A DNA stretch of 64,000 nt from Campylobacteraceae bacterium (GTDB lineage Bacteria; Campylobacterota; Campylobacteria; Campylobacterales; Sulfurovaceae), in NCBI GenBank assembly GCA_027014605.1, contig JALWDJ010000091.1, positions 440 to 64,439 on the forward strand, in the 5' to 3' direction. A program made the position numbers and the translations under genes. Below, in pieces: positions 7,927-17,667 of this stretch (within the stretch, counting starts at the first letter, position 1; each line of letters starts with the position of its first letter). The notes below the pieces were generated by a model. The model had not been told where the DNA came from and did not search any database. It worked only from the letters and a program-made list of their open reading frames with translations.

Positions 7927-10428
7927 TTATTCTCCTCTATATTTTAAAATGTAATCAATCATCTCTTCTCTTAATCTATCTAAATTGGAATCACAATCAA
8001 TATTTTGTAAAAATAGTTCTAAATCATAACTATACTTACCCTCCTTTTTTAGTTTATCTCTTATATTTTCTAATGTTGATATATATCTAACATCAGTTAT
8101 TGCTTCTCTAAACCCTTCCCACTCAATTGTTCCTACAATACCATTAGTTGTTGGATATGTAAAAGCTTCATCTCTATATTTAGTCAGACGAGAGTTACCT
8201 GTATCAAAATCATTCCAAAAAGCTCCTCTATGTGCTTGATATGCCCAATTCATCTCTCCATCAAATCTATGCTTCCATAGTTTACAACCAAAATTTCTTC
8301 TATATATTTCAGGATTTTCAACTCCTGCTTGTGGTGAGGCATAAGCAAATATCTTTTTACCTATTCCATGCCATTTTCCAACCTCTATATCTACATCTTT
8401 TTTAAAGATGGCATTTGCATAGTTAAATATATCTACGCTATTTCCTAGATACTCATAGGTATATTTATATCCTGCTACAAAGAGTTTTGCACCTAGTTTT
8501 TTAATTATTTTTATAAATTTTCTCTCTTTTTTTAATGTTTCAGGATTAGCTTCATCAACACCATATATATATAAATTGTTATAATTATATTTTTCTAAAA
8601 TCTTTTTATAATCTTTTACTCTTTTTGCAAGATTACTACTCATAATATTAAACCCTAGGGTGTAAAATCTATCTGTTGGAAAACCTACCTCTTCTCTTAG
8701 TTTAAGAGTATCTTCTAAACTATCAAGAGTCTCATAACTAGTTGGATACATTACCCCATGAGCTTTAATATCTTTTAACTCTAATAGTTGCTGTTTTTTA
8801 GATTTATTATAGGCATCAATTGGTGAAACTTTTTTATTTCTCAATTTCCCTGTATAGTATATTGAGTATATTAGATTAGATTTATCTAGTTTAAATGGTA
8901 AAACCTCTATATATATAGGAACTCTTTTTAGTATTTTTTTATTTTTAGTATCAATAAATTTAATTATAGTTGAATAGTTCCCCTCTTTTGTATCTTCTGG
9001 TATATGGATTATTCCCCATAAGATTTTAGCTCTTGAAGTATTTAGTTTAAAAGGTTTTAGCTCTTTAGCATCATTAAATATTATGCTATTTGTATCTGGA
9101 AATTTAGCTTTGGGATTTGATATATCTATATATTTTTTTCTATTCTCTTTTTTATATTCGATTCTAAGATAATTTATCTCTTTTTTATAATCAACTTTTA
9201 TTAAATTATCATCTTTTAATAATAGTTCTTGAGTTAAATATTTACCTGTCTTTAGGGTATTATCTAATCCACTCTGATACCAAACTTTTGCTATATATAA
9301 ATCTAAATTTCCTATAAAATTACTATATTCTACCTTTAAATTTTGAGAAGAACATAGAGTCTCCATTAAAATAGAAATAGATTTATACTCTCCTTTACTA
9401 ACTCTTAAATGATATGATTTTACTCTATCTAATTTAGGAATATTTGTACCTTTAAAACGATAATATTTCATAGGTGGCATCTTATATATATTGATTTTGG
9501 ATTTTGTTTTACTATTCAATAATTTTAATTTTCTTAAATAGGAGTCTAGGTTATCAATAGTAGATGATTTTATAGTTTTATTATTTTTTAATAAATTATT
9601 AATATTATTAAATATAGATACAACTCTTTTTTTATAAAAATCTATAGTAGGACACTTTTTTTGATTTTTGATAAGAGTTTTATATAACTTTTTTCTCTCT
9701 TCTATTTTCTTATTTACTCTTTTTCTATATTGATACCATGAATTTTTATATTTTTTAGTAAATAGTTCATTTTTTTCTATATTACCATATATTTTAAGAT
9801 TATCTAAATTTATTTGATACTTTTTAGAACCTCTACCCTTAATTAATAGTACTATCTTAGATATACCTCTTCCAAAATCAGTTAAATTTGCATCATATAT
9901 TTTTGAGATAAAATTTTTAGCATGATTTAGAGCAAATAGATTTAAGTTATTAACTTTTATACTATTCCATACATTAGGTTTTATATCTTGCTGAATTGGT
10001 TCTATTCCACTTGTATATGGAAAATATTCAAGATTAAATCCAATCTGTATATCTTTTAAACTTATTTTATTATTTACCTTTACTTTTATATCTAATGAAA
10101 ATGATAACTCTCCTTCTAAATTAATTAAGGGCTCTATAGGTATCTGTAAATAGTAATACCATTTGTTTTTTTTATTACTATTAATATCTATATCTATTTT
10201 TAATGAACTCTCTCCTTGTGTATAGGATTTGGTATCTCTACTATATTTAATATTAACACTATTTTTATCTAAATTTGTAACCCAACTCTTAATAGAATTG
10301 ATATTATTTTTTTCAAAATCATTTTTATAAAAATAGTTTATAAGATTAGGATTTTTTAGACCTGTTCCTAAAAAGAAAAATAGTAATATACTTAATATTG
10401 ATATTGTTATTAATATCTTTTTTATCAT
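7927..10428 (-). CDS. large signal-anchored exported protein of unknown function (possible CBM-like N-domain and glycoside-hydrolase-like C-domain)
   Basis: 833 aa; N-terminal TM ILITISILSILLFFFLG; beta-sandwich-like GESSLKIDID...NLDNLKIYG segment; C-terminal W/F/Y-rich block EMNWAYQAHRGAFWNDFD. Confidence 0.55.
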   Translation of the reverse strand: MIKKILITISILSILLFFFLGTGLKNPNLINYFYKNDFEKNNINSIKSWVTNLDKNSVNIKYSRDTKSYTQGESSLKIDIDINSNKKNKWYYYLQIPIEPLINLEGELSFSLDIKVKVNNKISLKDIQIGFNLEYFPYTSGIEPIQQDIKPNVWNSIKVNNLNLFALNHAKNFISKIYDANLTDFGRGISKIVLLIKGRGSKKYQINLDNLKIYGNIEKNELFTKKYKNSWYQYRKRVNKKIEERKKLYKTLIKNQKKCPTIDFYKKRVVSIFNNINNLLKNNKTIKSSTIDNLDSYLRKLKLLNSKTKSKINIYKMPPMKYYRFKGTNIPKLDRVKSYHLRVSKGEYKSISILMETLCSSQNLKVEYSNFIGNLDLYIAKVWYQSGLDNTLKTGKYLTQELLLKDDNLIKVDYKKEINYLRIEYKKENRKKYIDISNPKAKFPDTNSIIFNDAKELKPFKLNTSRAKILWGIIHIPEDTKEGNYSTIIKFIDTKNKKILKRVPIYIEVLPFKLDKSNLIYSIYYTGKLRNKKVSPIDAYNKSKKQQLLELKDIKAHGVMYPTSYETLDSLEDTLKLREEVGFPTDRFYTLGFNIMSSNLAKRVKDYKKILEKYNYNNLYIYGVDEANPETLKKERKFIKIIKKLGAKLFVAGYKYTYEYLGNSVDIFNYANAIFKKDVDIEVGKWHGIGKKIFAYASPQAGVENPEIYRRNFGCKLWKHRFDGEMNWAYQAHRGAFWNDFDTGNSRLTKYRDEAFTYPTTNGIVGTIEWEGFREAITDVRYISTLENIRDKLKKEGKYSYDLELFLQNIDCDSNLDRLREEMIDYILKYRGE

Positions 10429-10437
10429 TAATTTAAT

Positions 10438-12111
10438 TTACTCCAGATATATATTACGAAGATAGTCATAAACTGTATATTTTTCATTACTATCTATCTG
10501 ATGAACTCCTATTATATCAGGTAAAAAATTTGGTAAAATTTTGCATATCTCTTTTTCACTAAATAGCTCAGGAGTTAACTCTGTTATCTCTGCTAGGCTA
10601 AGTGAAGCACCATATATATTAAAAGATTGTCTCTGTCTAGCTCTTATAATTAAACCTTTATTTAATCCTAATATTCCACCATTTCTAGCTATTGTAGAGT
10701 CATTAATTATAAGATTTTTTTTATGAGGAGTCCATTTACCATTAATAGGATCAGATTTTGTATAGTAGGCAACTAGGTGTGAATTGTAATTTTTACCTGT
10801 TATTGATATAGTAAAAAAAATCCACCACATATTATTATGATAGAATATCATACTATCAGTTGCATTAATATTTTTAAATAAATCTTTTTGATACTCCCAT
10901 TTTGTAGGAAAATCAATACATTTATATAATCTTATAGATTTTGCTTTAGATGTCTCTGGTATCATATACAACTCATCTTTATATCTGAATATATATGGAA
11001 AAGACATATGAAAAGGCTCTTTTATAATATATTCATATATTTTATATTGATTATTATCAAAAATCTCAATAGCAGATATAGAGCCTATTTTTGTACTATA
11101 TGAGTAGTCTTCTACAAAACATACTGTTCTATTATCTATTGTAATAATAAATGGGTCTGCAAAAAAACGATTTTTAGGATTTTTAATCTCTATTCCTTTT
11201 TTTAAAATAGTTCTTCTCCAACTCTTTTTAGTAAAAGCAACACTCCATCTATTTTTTCTTTTTAATATATATTTATTTATAAGAAATATAAAGTAAATAT
11301 TAAAAGTTTTAATGGCATATATAATACTCTTTTTAATCGTTGGTAATTTTAAGATAGTTCCACTATATGGAATAGGCTCTTCAGCTTTTGGTAGAGTTCC
11401 ATTTTTTACATAATCATTTAAAATCTTTAACATATATGGATAGCTCTCTTGATATAGGTATACAATATTTTCTATATATGAGTTTTTTGTAGGAATATTA
11501 GCACGAAATAATACATCTCCACCATCTAACTCTTCTGATAATATCTGAATAATAAATCCTGTGGTATCTTTTCTATAATATACTTCCCAAAAACCAGCAG
11601 GACCTCCTCTATTCCATCTATTATCACCATGATGAAATGATATAATTCCATCTTTAGAGCTATTTAGTATATCACCTCTAAAGATACCCTCTGCATTACC
11701 TCTAATAATTAAATCTAATTTTAGAGCTTTTATCTTTTTTATATCTTCTAAAGGATAGCTGACAAATAGTCCTGAATTAGAGAAATTAGGATTTAAATAT
11801 AATAAATTATTATTTATTAACTCATTAATATTTTTATAACTATAGTGTTCTCTTATATTTTTTAAAGGAATTGATAAAAGGTTAAACTCCAATATAGTAA
11901 CTATTTTAAATATTAATAGTGATATAAAGTAGTATAATCCTCTATTTTTTATTAAAGAGAGTGATTTTTGATATATATTCTTCCTTTTTTCTCTATTATT
12001 GGTTAATAGAAAAAACAGCTCTATATTACTATTTTTTGTTAGTTTTTGAATATTGTGATATAGATATCTATCACATTCCATTGATTTTAATAATATACCT
12101 ACTCGTTTCAT
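10438..12111 (-). CDS. two-domain protein: formyltransferase-like N-domain fused to an unassigned, possibly beta-propeller-like, C-domain
   Basis: 557 aa; ISFHHGDNRWNRGGP...LDGGDVLF aligns to the Fmt N-x-H...D core with Asn replaced by Ser; C-half FADPFIIT...YMIPETS...MWWIFFT. Confidence 0.55.
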   Translation of the reverse strand: MKRVGILLKSMECDRYLYHNIQKLTKNSNIELFFLLTNNREKRKNIYQKSLSLIKNRGLYYFISLLIFKIVTILEFNLLSIPLKNIREHYSYKNINELINNNLLYLNPNFSNSGLFVSYPLEDIKKIKALKLDLIIRGNAEGIFRGDILNSSKDGIISFHHGDNRWNRGGPAGFWEVYYRKDTTGFIIQILSEELDGGDVLFRANIPTKNSYIENIVYLYQESYPYMLKILNDYVKNGTLPKAEEPIPYSGTILKLPTIKKSIIYAIKTFNIYFIFLINKYILKRKNRWSVAFTKKSWRRTILKKGIEIKNPKNRFFADPFIITIDNRTVCFVEDYSYSTKIGSISAIEIFDNNQYKIYEYIIKEPFHMSFPYIFRYKDELYMIPETSKAKSIRLYKCIDFPTKWEYQKDLFKNINATDSMIFYHNNMWWIFFTISITGKNYNSHLVAYYTKSDPINGKWTPHKKNLIINDSTIARNGGILGLNKGLIIRARQRQSFNIYGASLSLAEITELTPELFSEKEICKILPNFLPDIIGVHQIDSNEKYTVYDYLRNIYLE

Positions 12112-12233
12112 CTTATATCTTCTATTTCAATAATATATATTATTAAAATAATACATTAAATGTTATAAACAACTAATTAAAAATTAAAATAGTTTAAAAA
12201 AAGTTATTTTAATTTATTTATGTTATTAAAATA
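12112..12233 (-). promoter_or_regulatory. AT-rich 122-bp gap inside the locus; probable internal promoter for the 12111-2895 genes
   Basis: Largest non-coding gap (122 bp) within the minus-strand locus, whose genes otherwise overlap or lie 0-71 bp apart. Confidence 0.25.
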
Positions 12234-13112
12234 TTAATTTTTAATAAAGTCTAGTAGGTAATATTTGATTAAAATTTTTATAACCTCTCTATCAAAAATA
12301 TTTTTTAGAGCTATCTCCATATAGTTTTTAGCTTCATCTATATATCCTCTGCGAGAGAGAGATTTAAACCATCTTAGTTGCCAAATTTTTAATATAGAGT
12401 TATACTCTGCATAACTCTCCCACTTTTTTAAAATATTCTTTTGAGCTTGAAACATTTTATAACTCTGTTTGTAACTATTATTTTCATGATTTCTATAGTA
12501 TGCTAGATAACTATTTAAGTAACCTATCTCATATTTTTGTGATGCTCTTAACCACATATCCCAATCTTCAATAGATACATCTTCACTATATCCACCAAGT
12601 TCTATTAATATATCTCTTCTTATCATTGTTGATGGAGCAGGGATACCTATCTCTCCCAATATCAACTCTTTAAATATCCAGCCAGATTTTGCATTTTTAA
12701 TCTTTACTCTCTCTTTAATATCTCCTAAATCATCTATTATAATAATATCTCCATAGCAGACTGCATAATTTGGATTATCTTCTAAAAATCTAACCTGCTT
12801 AGCTATCTTATCCTCTACAAACATATCATCACTTGCACATATAGAGAAATATTCTCCTGATGAGATATTTAATGCCTCATTTAATGTTTTGCATAGACCT
12901 CTATTCTCTCTACTAATATATCTAAATTTATATTTTTTAGATAGTCTCTCTAAGATAGCTGGTGAGTTATCGCTTGAGCCATCATCTATAACAATAAGCT
13001 CTATATTATTATAATTTTTCTGATTTACTACACTAAGAACAGCATCTTTAATATACTTTTCATGATTATAAGATGGAATAACCACTGTTACTAAAGGCTC
13101 TCTCATACTCAT
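12234..13112 (-). CDS. GT2 glycosyltransferase
   Basis: 292 aa; VTVVIPSYNHEKYI...IVIDDGSSD...CASDDMF. Confidence 0.8.
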   Translation of the reverse strand: MSMREPLVTVVIPSYNHEKYIKDAVLSVVNQKNYNNIELIVIDDGSSDNSPAILERLSKKYKFRYISRENRGLCKTLNEALNISSGEYFSICASDDMFVEDKIAKQVRFLEDNPNYAVCYGDIIIIDDLGDIKERVKIKNAKSGWIFKELILGEIGIPAPSTMIRRDILIELGGYSEDVSIEDWDMWLRASQKYEIGYLNSYLAYYRNHENNSYKQSYKMFQAQKNILKKWESYAEYNSILKIWQLRWFKSLSRRGYIDEAKNYMEIALKNIFDREVIKILIKYYLLDFIKN

Positions 13113-14353
13113 TTTACCTCCCTTCTAAAAATATCTACCATTACTATAAAATATAGTATATAGTTTATTACAAAAGCGTATGTAACCCCTATAAGTCCAA
13201 ATCTATCTATTAGTAGCATAGATAAGATAACAAATAGAGCTGAAAATATAATCTCTGTATAGATATATAGTCTAGTCATAGCTTTAGCCAACATAATATA
13301 GCTTAAGAGCCATGAAGCTATCTTAATCACATCACCTATAAGTTGCCACTTAAAAAGCTCTAACATAGGTCTGAAATCTCTACTAAAAGCGATATATACA
13401 ATATACTCTCTAAATATATATATAGTAAATGCAACTACTATTACTATAGGTAGAATAATCTTATATCCATCTATAATCTCTCTCTTAAGCTCTATAGGGT
13501 TTTTAATCTCTGAGAGTCGTGGTAGATAATATACCCCTAAAGATGTAGTTACTACCATAAGATAGATAGATGATATATACCAAATCCCCTGCCAATAACC
13601 AGCACTCTGCCAATCTAAACTATTAGCGATATAGTCTCTAACTAACATTTGGGATAGAGGAAGGGTAGTAGCAGAGACTAGTGCCATTAATATATATCTC
13701 CCTAACTTTAATCCACTCTGCTTATCAAATCCTCTAAAGAAGTATCTAAAGTTAAACCATGGTGATTTTGTAACTAAAATTAGAGTTATAAAAAATATAA
13801 CAGATAGATTAAATACCATAGCAAATAGAGAACCTAATAGTGCAAATTTAATAACCAAAAAAGAGGTAAATATTAGAGAGAATAGACTACTTGCAATATT
13901 AACTATAACATACTTTTTTATCTCTTTCTCTCCATTTAATATAGAGATTAATAGTGTATTTAGAGAGAATAGAATAATAGTAAAACCAAATAGTTGAAAA
14001 ATAGTTCTATATTTCTCTGATTTTAATATATATATAGATAAATCTAATGAGAATATATTAAGTAGTATAGCGATTATAGTAGCAGAGCTAAGAGATATAA
14101 TAAGAGCTGTACTCAATATTCTACTCTTCTTATCTATATCTTCTCTATACTCTGCAATATACTTTACAACTCCTTGAGAGATAGCACCATTAGCAATTGT
14201 AGAGGTGATAGCTACAAAGTTTTGAAACTGTCCCACCATAGCAAGACCAGATGGACCAATATATATAGATATACACTTATTTATTATAAATCCTGTAAAT
14301 ACTCTAAGAATGGTAGATATGGCTGTTAATATAGATGTCTTAATTAAACTCAT
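13109..14353 (-). CDS. wzxE: Wzx-type flippase, WzxE-like (MOP superfamily)
   Basis: 414 aa polytopic protein; N-terminus [18 protein letters not shown]...[15 protein letters not shown] resembles E. coli WzxE as I recall it; follows the aminotransferase as in wecE-wzxE. Confidence 0.7.
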   Translation of the reverse strand: MSLIKTSILTAISTILRVFTGFIINKCISIYIGPSGLAMVGQFQNFVAITSTIANGAISQGVVKYIAEYREDIDKKSRILSTALIISLSSATIIAILLNIFSLDLSIYILKSEKYRTIFQLFGFTIILFSLNTLLISILNGEKEIKKYVIVNIASSLFSLIFTSFLVIKFALLGSLFAMVFNLSVIFFITLILVTKSPWFNFRYFFRGFDKQSGLKLGRYILMALVSATTLPLSQMLVRDYIANSLDWQSAGYWQGIWYISSIYLMVVTTSLGVYYLPRLSEIKNPIELKREIIDGYKIILPIVIVVAFTIYIFREYIVYIAFSRDFRPMLELFKWQLIGDVIKIASWLLSYIMLAKAMTRLYIYTEIIFSALFVILSMLLIDRFGLIGVTYAFVINYILYFIVMVDIFRREVK

Positions 14354-15440
14354 TTATAGCTTCTACTACCTTTTTTGTATCTTCTAAACTCTGCAGACCA
14401 CTTATAGGGAGGCTTAATATCTCTTCTGCTAACTCCTCAGTTATAGGATACCTCTCTCCACTTAACTCTCTATATGCCTCTTGCTGATGTATTGCTATAG
14501 GGTAGTGAATGAGTGTATCAATAGCTCTTGCTTTTAGATATTTTTGAAGTTTATCTCTTCTACTACATCTTATAACAAATAGATGCCATACATGAGAGTT
14601 CTCTTCTCTAATAGTTGGCAATATTATATTTTTATTATTAATATTTTTAAGATAATAGTCTGCAATAATCCTACGATTTCTAATCTCTCTATCTAAATAT
14701 CTCAATTTAACTCTTAAAAATCCTGCTTGAATTTCATCTAATCTACTATTTACCCCTTTAAAGATATTTTTATACTTTTTGCTACTCCCATAGTTGCTTA
14801 AAATTCTAATAGTAGTAGCCAACTCTTTATCATTTGTAGTTACTGCTCCACCATCACCTAAAGCTCCTAGATTTTTTGTAGGATAGAAACTAAATCCACT
14901 AGCATCTCCTAAACTTCCACACCTTTTTCCATTATATAATGCTCCATGTGATTGAGCAGAATCCTCTATAATCTTTAAATTATACTCTTTAGCTATCTTA
15001 TATATTCTATCCATATTGCAAATCTCTCCATATAGATGAACAACCATAATAGCTTTTGTCTTTTCTGTAATCTTTCTCTCTATAGCTTTTGGGTCTATAA
15101 GATAGTTTTCTATATCTGGCTCTACTAAAATAGGCTTTAGACCATTCTCACTTATAGCTAATGCAGAGGCTATATATGTATTTGCAGGTAAGATAACTTC
15201 ATCTCCTTTAGAAAATATCCCCATCTCTATATATGCACGAATAATTAATTTTAAGGCATCTAATCCATTTCCAACCCCTATAGTATATTCTACTCCACAA
15301 TAGTCTGAAAACTCCTCTTCAAATGCTCTACTCTCAACTCCATTAATATACCAACCACTCTTAATAACTCTTGCAGATATATCTATAAGCTCTTTTTCAT
15401 ATTGGCTATTTAACTCTTTTAAATCTAAAAATGAAATCAT
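14340..15440 (-). CDS. DegT/DnrJ/EryC1 PLP aminotransferase, FdtB/QdtB-like (dTDP-3-keto-6-deoxyhexose 3-aminotransferase)
   Basis: 366 aa; [16 protein letters not shown] Lys block; same operon as an FdtA-type isomerase. Confidence 0.8.
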   Translation of the reverse strand: MISFLDLKELNSQYEKELIDISARVIKSGWYINGVESRAFEEEFSDYCGVEYTIGVGNGLDALKLIIRAYIEMGIFSKGDEVILPANTYIASALAISENGLKPILVEPDIENYLIDPKAIERKITEKTKAIMVVHLYGEICNMDRIYKIAKEYNLKIIEDSAQSHGALYNGKRCGSLGDASGFSFYPTKNLGALGDGGAVTTNDKELATTIRILSNYGSSKKYKNIFKGVNSRLDEIQAGFLRVKLRYLDREIRNRRIIADYYLKNINNKNIILPTIREENSHVWHLFVIRCSRRDKLQKYLKARAIDTLIHYPIAIHQQEAYRELSGERYPITEELAEEILSLPISGLQSLEDTKKVVEAINEFN

Positions 15441-16372
15441 ACTATCTCCAGTTCATAAAAATCATGCACTACACCTCTAGCTCCAAACCCCTCTTTTTGA
15501 GAGATTAATCCACTATTCAGATATCTACCACCATTTTCAGTTGATATACCAAAATCGAAATATCTTTTATCTCTATATATATTAGTTATTAGATAGTCAA
15601 TTAAAAGGTCTAATGCTCCTATCTCTTTTCCCTCTATACTATTTGCTAAATATTGTGTATGGACAATATCTCTATTCTCATATATTATAGTTCCTGCCAA
15701 TATCCTATAATCTCTTTTTACTATATATAGTTTTATATTATCTCTAAATCTACTAGCTAAATACTCTATCTCCTCTAAAGAGTGAACAGGAGATACTCTA
15801 TATTTTACTCTTAATATCTCTCTAAGAACTCTCCAAAACTCTCTATAGTTATCACTCTTTACTATCTCTAAACTCTCTCTTTTTGCTCTATTAATAACTC
15901 TTCTTCTAAGTTTAGAGTATTTAAACTCACTTGATAGAGCTATAGTTGAAGAGATGTCTCTTCTTATTAGTTTTGCATTTAATCTAAAGAGTGCATATCT
16001 ATCCTCTTCTGATGGCATTCTGTGATATATATATGGAATGCTCTTATATATCATCTTTACAATAGAGTTATCTTTTAAGTAGTTATATAGTAACTCAAAT
16101 ATCTCTAATATCTGAATAGTTTTTATATCTCTATTTAGAATTAATCCACCAAAAGTAAGCCCTTGATGTGAATAGAGAATATTATTATCTATATTTGCAG
16201 GGAGTATTGATATTAGCTTTTTTTTATTAAATATAAGAAGTGAGTAGTCTTTAAATCTATTAGAGTGGTACTCTAAGTAGTCTCTTTTAAAAAAAAAATG
16301 TGAATTTCTAGCACTATCTATAAAACTATCCCACATCTCCTTATACTCTATACGGTATCTTACTATCTGCAC
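15437..16372 (-). CDS. FemAB/GNAT-fold acyltransferase-like protein (311 aa)
   Basis: Size and pattern resemble double-GNAT (Acetyltransf_6-like) proteins; occupies the wecD-like position upstream of the aminotransferase. Confidence 0.45.
   Translation of the reverse strand: MQIVRYRIEYKEMWDSFIDSARNSHFFFKRDYLEYHSNRFKDYSLLIFNKKKLISILPANIDNNILYSHQGLTFGGLILNRDIKTIQILEIFELLYNYLKDNSIVKMIYKSIPYIYHRMPSEEDRYALFRLNAKLIRRDISSTIALSSEFKYSKLRRRVINRAKRESLEIVKSDNYREFWRVLREILRVKYRVSPVHSLEEIEYLASRFRDNIKLYIVKRDYRILAGTIIYENRDIVHTQYLANSIEGKEIGALDLLIDYLITNIYRDKRYFDFGISTENGGRYLNSGLISQKEGFGARGVVHDFYELEIV
16289..16298 (-). repeat. 10-nt homopolymer (A10 on + strand, T10 in the coding strand) at codons 25-28 of the GNAT-like gene
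   Basis: tctcttttaaaaaaaaaatgtg; the longest homopolymer I found in the window. Confidence 0.9.
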
Positions 16373-17202
16373 AATCTATCTCCCATTTTAAAGATTTCAT
16401 TAGCAAAATATGACTCTTTTGTCTTAAAATCGATTAACTTCTCTACGACTAATAACCCCTCTCTAACTTTAATATATATACTCTTATCTTCAATATTTAC
16501 AACTTGTCCAATATTAGCTCTATAGTCTCTTGATATTAATCTATAACCATTAACCTCATATAGTCTATTATTTTTAATAATAGGTAATGGATAGGGTCTA
16601 ACTAGAGCTTTAAATAGCATATCTATATATCTATTACTCATATTAAAATCTATAATACAATCATCTATATTTCGTTTTGCTACCCAAGTAGCCTCTTCTC
16701 TATTCTGTCTAGTAGGGGTTATTTTCCCCTCTAAAAACTCTTTTACTACTCTGCCTAAATTCTCTCTAATATATCTATCAAAGAGTTGCATTATCTCGTA
16801 AGATGTCTGATTTTTATAGTTTATAGTAAACTGATCTAATATATCACCATCATCTATATACTCATTCATAAGATGTATAGTAAATCCTAACTTATCTTCA
16901 AAATTTAACATTGCCCAGACTAAACTATGTAATCCTCTATATTTGGGTAGGAGTGATGGGTGTGTATTTATAATAGTTTTCTGTTCTAAAATATCTTTAG
17001 GAATTATAGATTTATAACCTGCACATATAGCCAACTCTATTGAGCTATCTAAAAATGAGCCTATTTTTCTATCAGACTCTCTTAAGAGAGATAGAACTTC
17101 TCTATCTTCACTTATAACTTCAATAGATGAGAACTTCTCTTGTAGAGATTTGAGTGCAACAACTCCACCATGTCCACTCCCTGCAAAGATAAGACTATTC
17201 AT
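16363..17202 (-). CDS. sugar N-formyltransferase (WlaRD/FdtF/VioF-like)
   Basis: 279 aa; IINTHPSLLPKYRG (N-x-H) and IDDGDIL (Asp) formyltransferase core; lies between the isomerase and aminotransferase genes. Confidence 0.7.
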   Translation of the reverse strand: MNSLIFAGSGHGGVVALKSLQEKFSSIEVISEDREVLSLLRESDRKIGSFLDSSIELAICAGYKSIIPKDILEQKTIINTHPSLLPKYRGLHSLVWAMLNFEDKLGFTIHLMNEYIDDGDILDQFTINYKNQTSYEIMQLFDRYIRENLGRVVKEFLEGKITPTRQNREEATWVAKRNIDDCIIDFNMSNRYIDMLFKALVRPYPLPIIKNNRLYEVNGYRLISRDYRANIGQVVNIEDKSIYIKVREGLLVVEKLIDFKTKESYFANEIFKMGDRLCR

Positions 17203-17596
17203 TAGTTTTAATCTCTTTTAAAAAGCTTTGATAGTCATTAATATAATCATCTTTATCATAATACTCATTTGCTAATACAACCAATACGCAATCTCTGCTA
17301 AAATCATACATCTCTCGCCATATTAAACTATCTAATAGAATACCTTTTGTAGGAGTATTAAGATAGATATTCTCTTGTCTATATCCATTATCCAATAAAA
17401 TTTTACAACTTCCACTGACACAGATAAGAAATTGCTTCAGTCTTCTATGTGCATGAAGACCTCTTTTAACACCTTTCTTAGTATCAAATATATAATAGAC
17501 TCTCTTTATTTTAAAAGGTATATTTGAGTTATCTTCTAAAGCTATTAATGAACCTCTCTCATCACCTTTTATATCTAGATCAATAATTTTATACAT
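17195..17596 (-). CDS. dTDP-4-keto-6-deoxyglucose 3,4-ketoisomerase (FdtA/QdtA, WxcM-like cupin)
   Basis: 133 aa; GDERGSLIALE...FKIKRVYYIFDT...RGLHAHRRLKQFLICVSGS. Confidence 0.8.
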   Translation of the reverse strand: MYKIIDLDIKGDERGSLIALEDNSNIPFKIKRVYYIFDTKKGVKRGLHAHRRLKQFLICVSGSCKILLDNGYRQENIYLNTPTKGILLDSLIWREMYDFSRDCVLVVLANEYYDKDDYINDYQSFLKEIKTNE

Positions 17597-17667
17597 ATTA
17601 ACTCTTCTCTCTTTTCTTATCTAATTAATATTATATATTAGATATTATAAAGAATTAATAAAAAATA

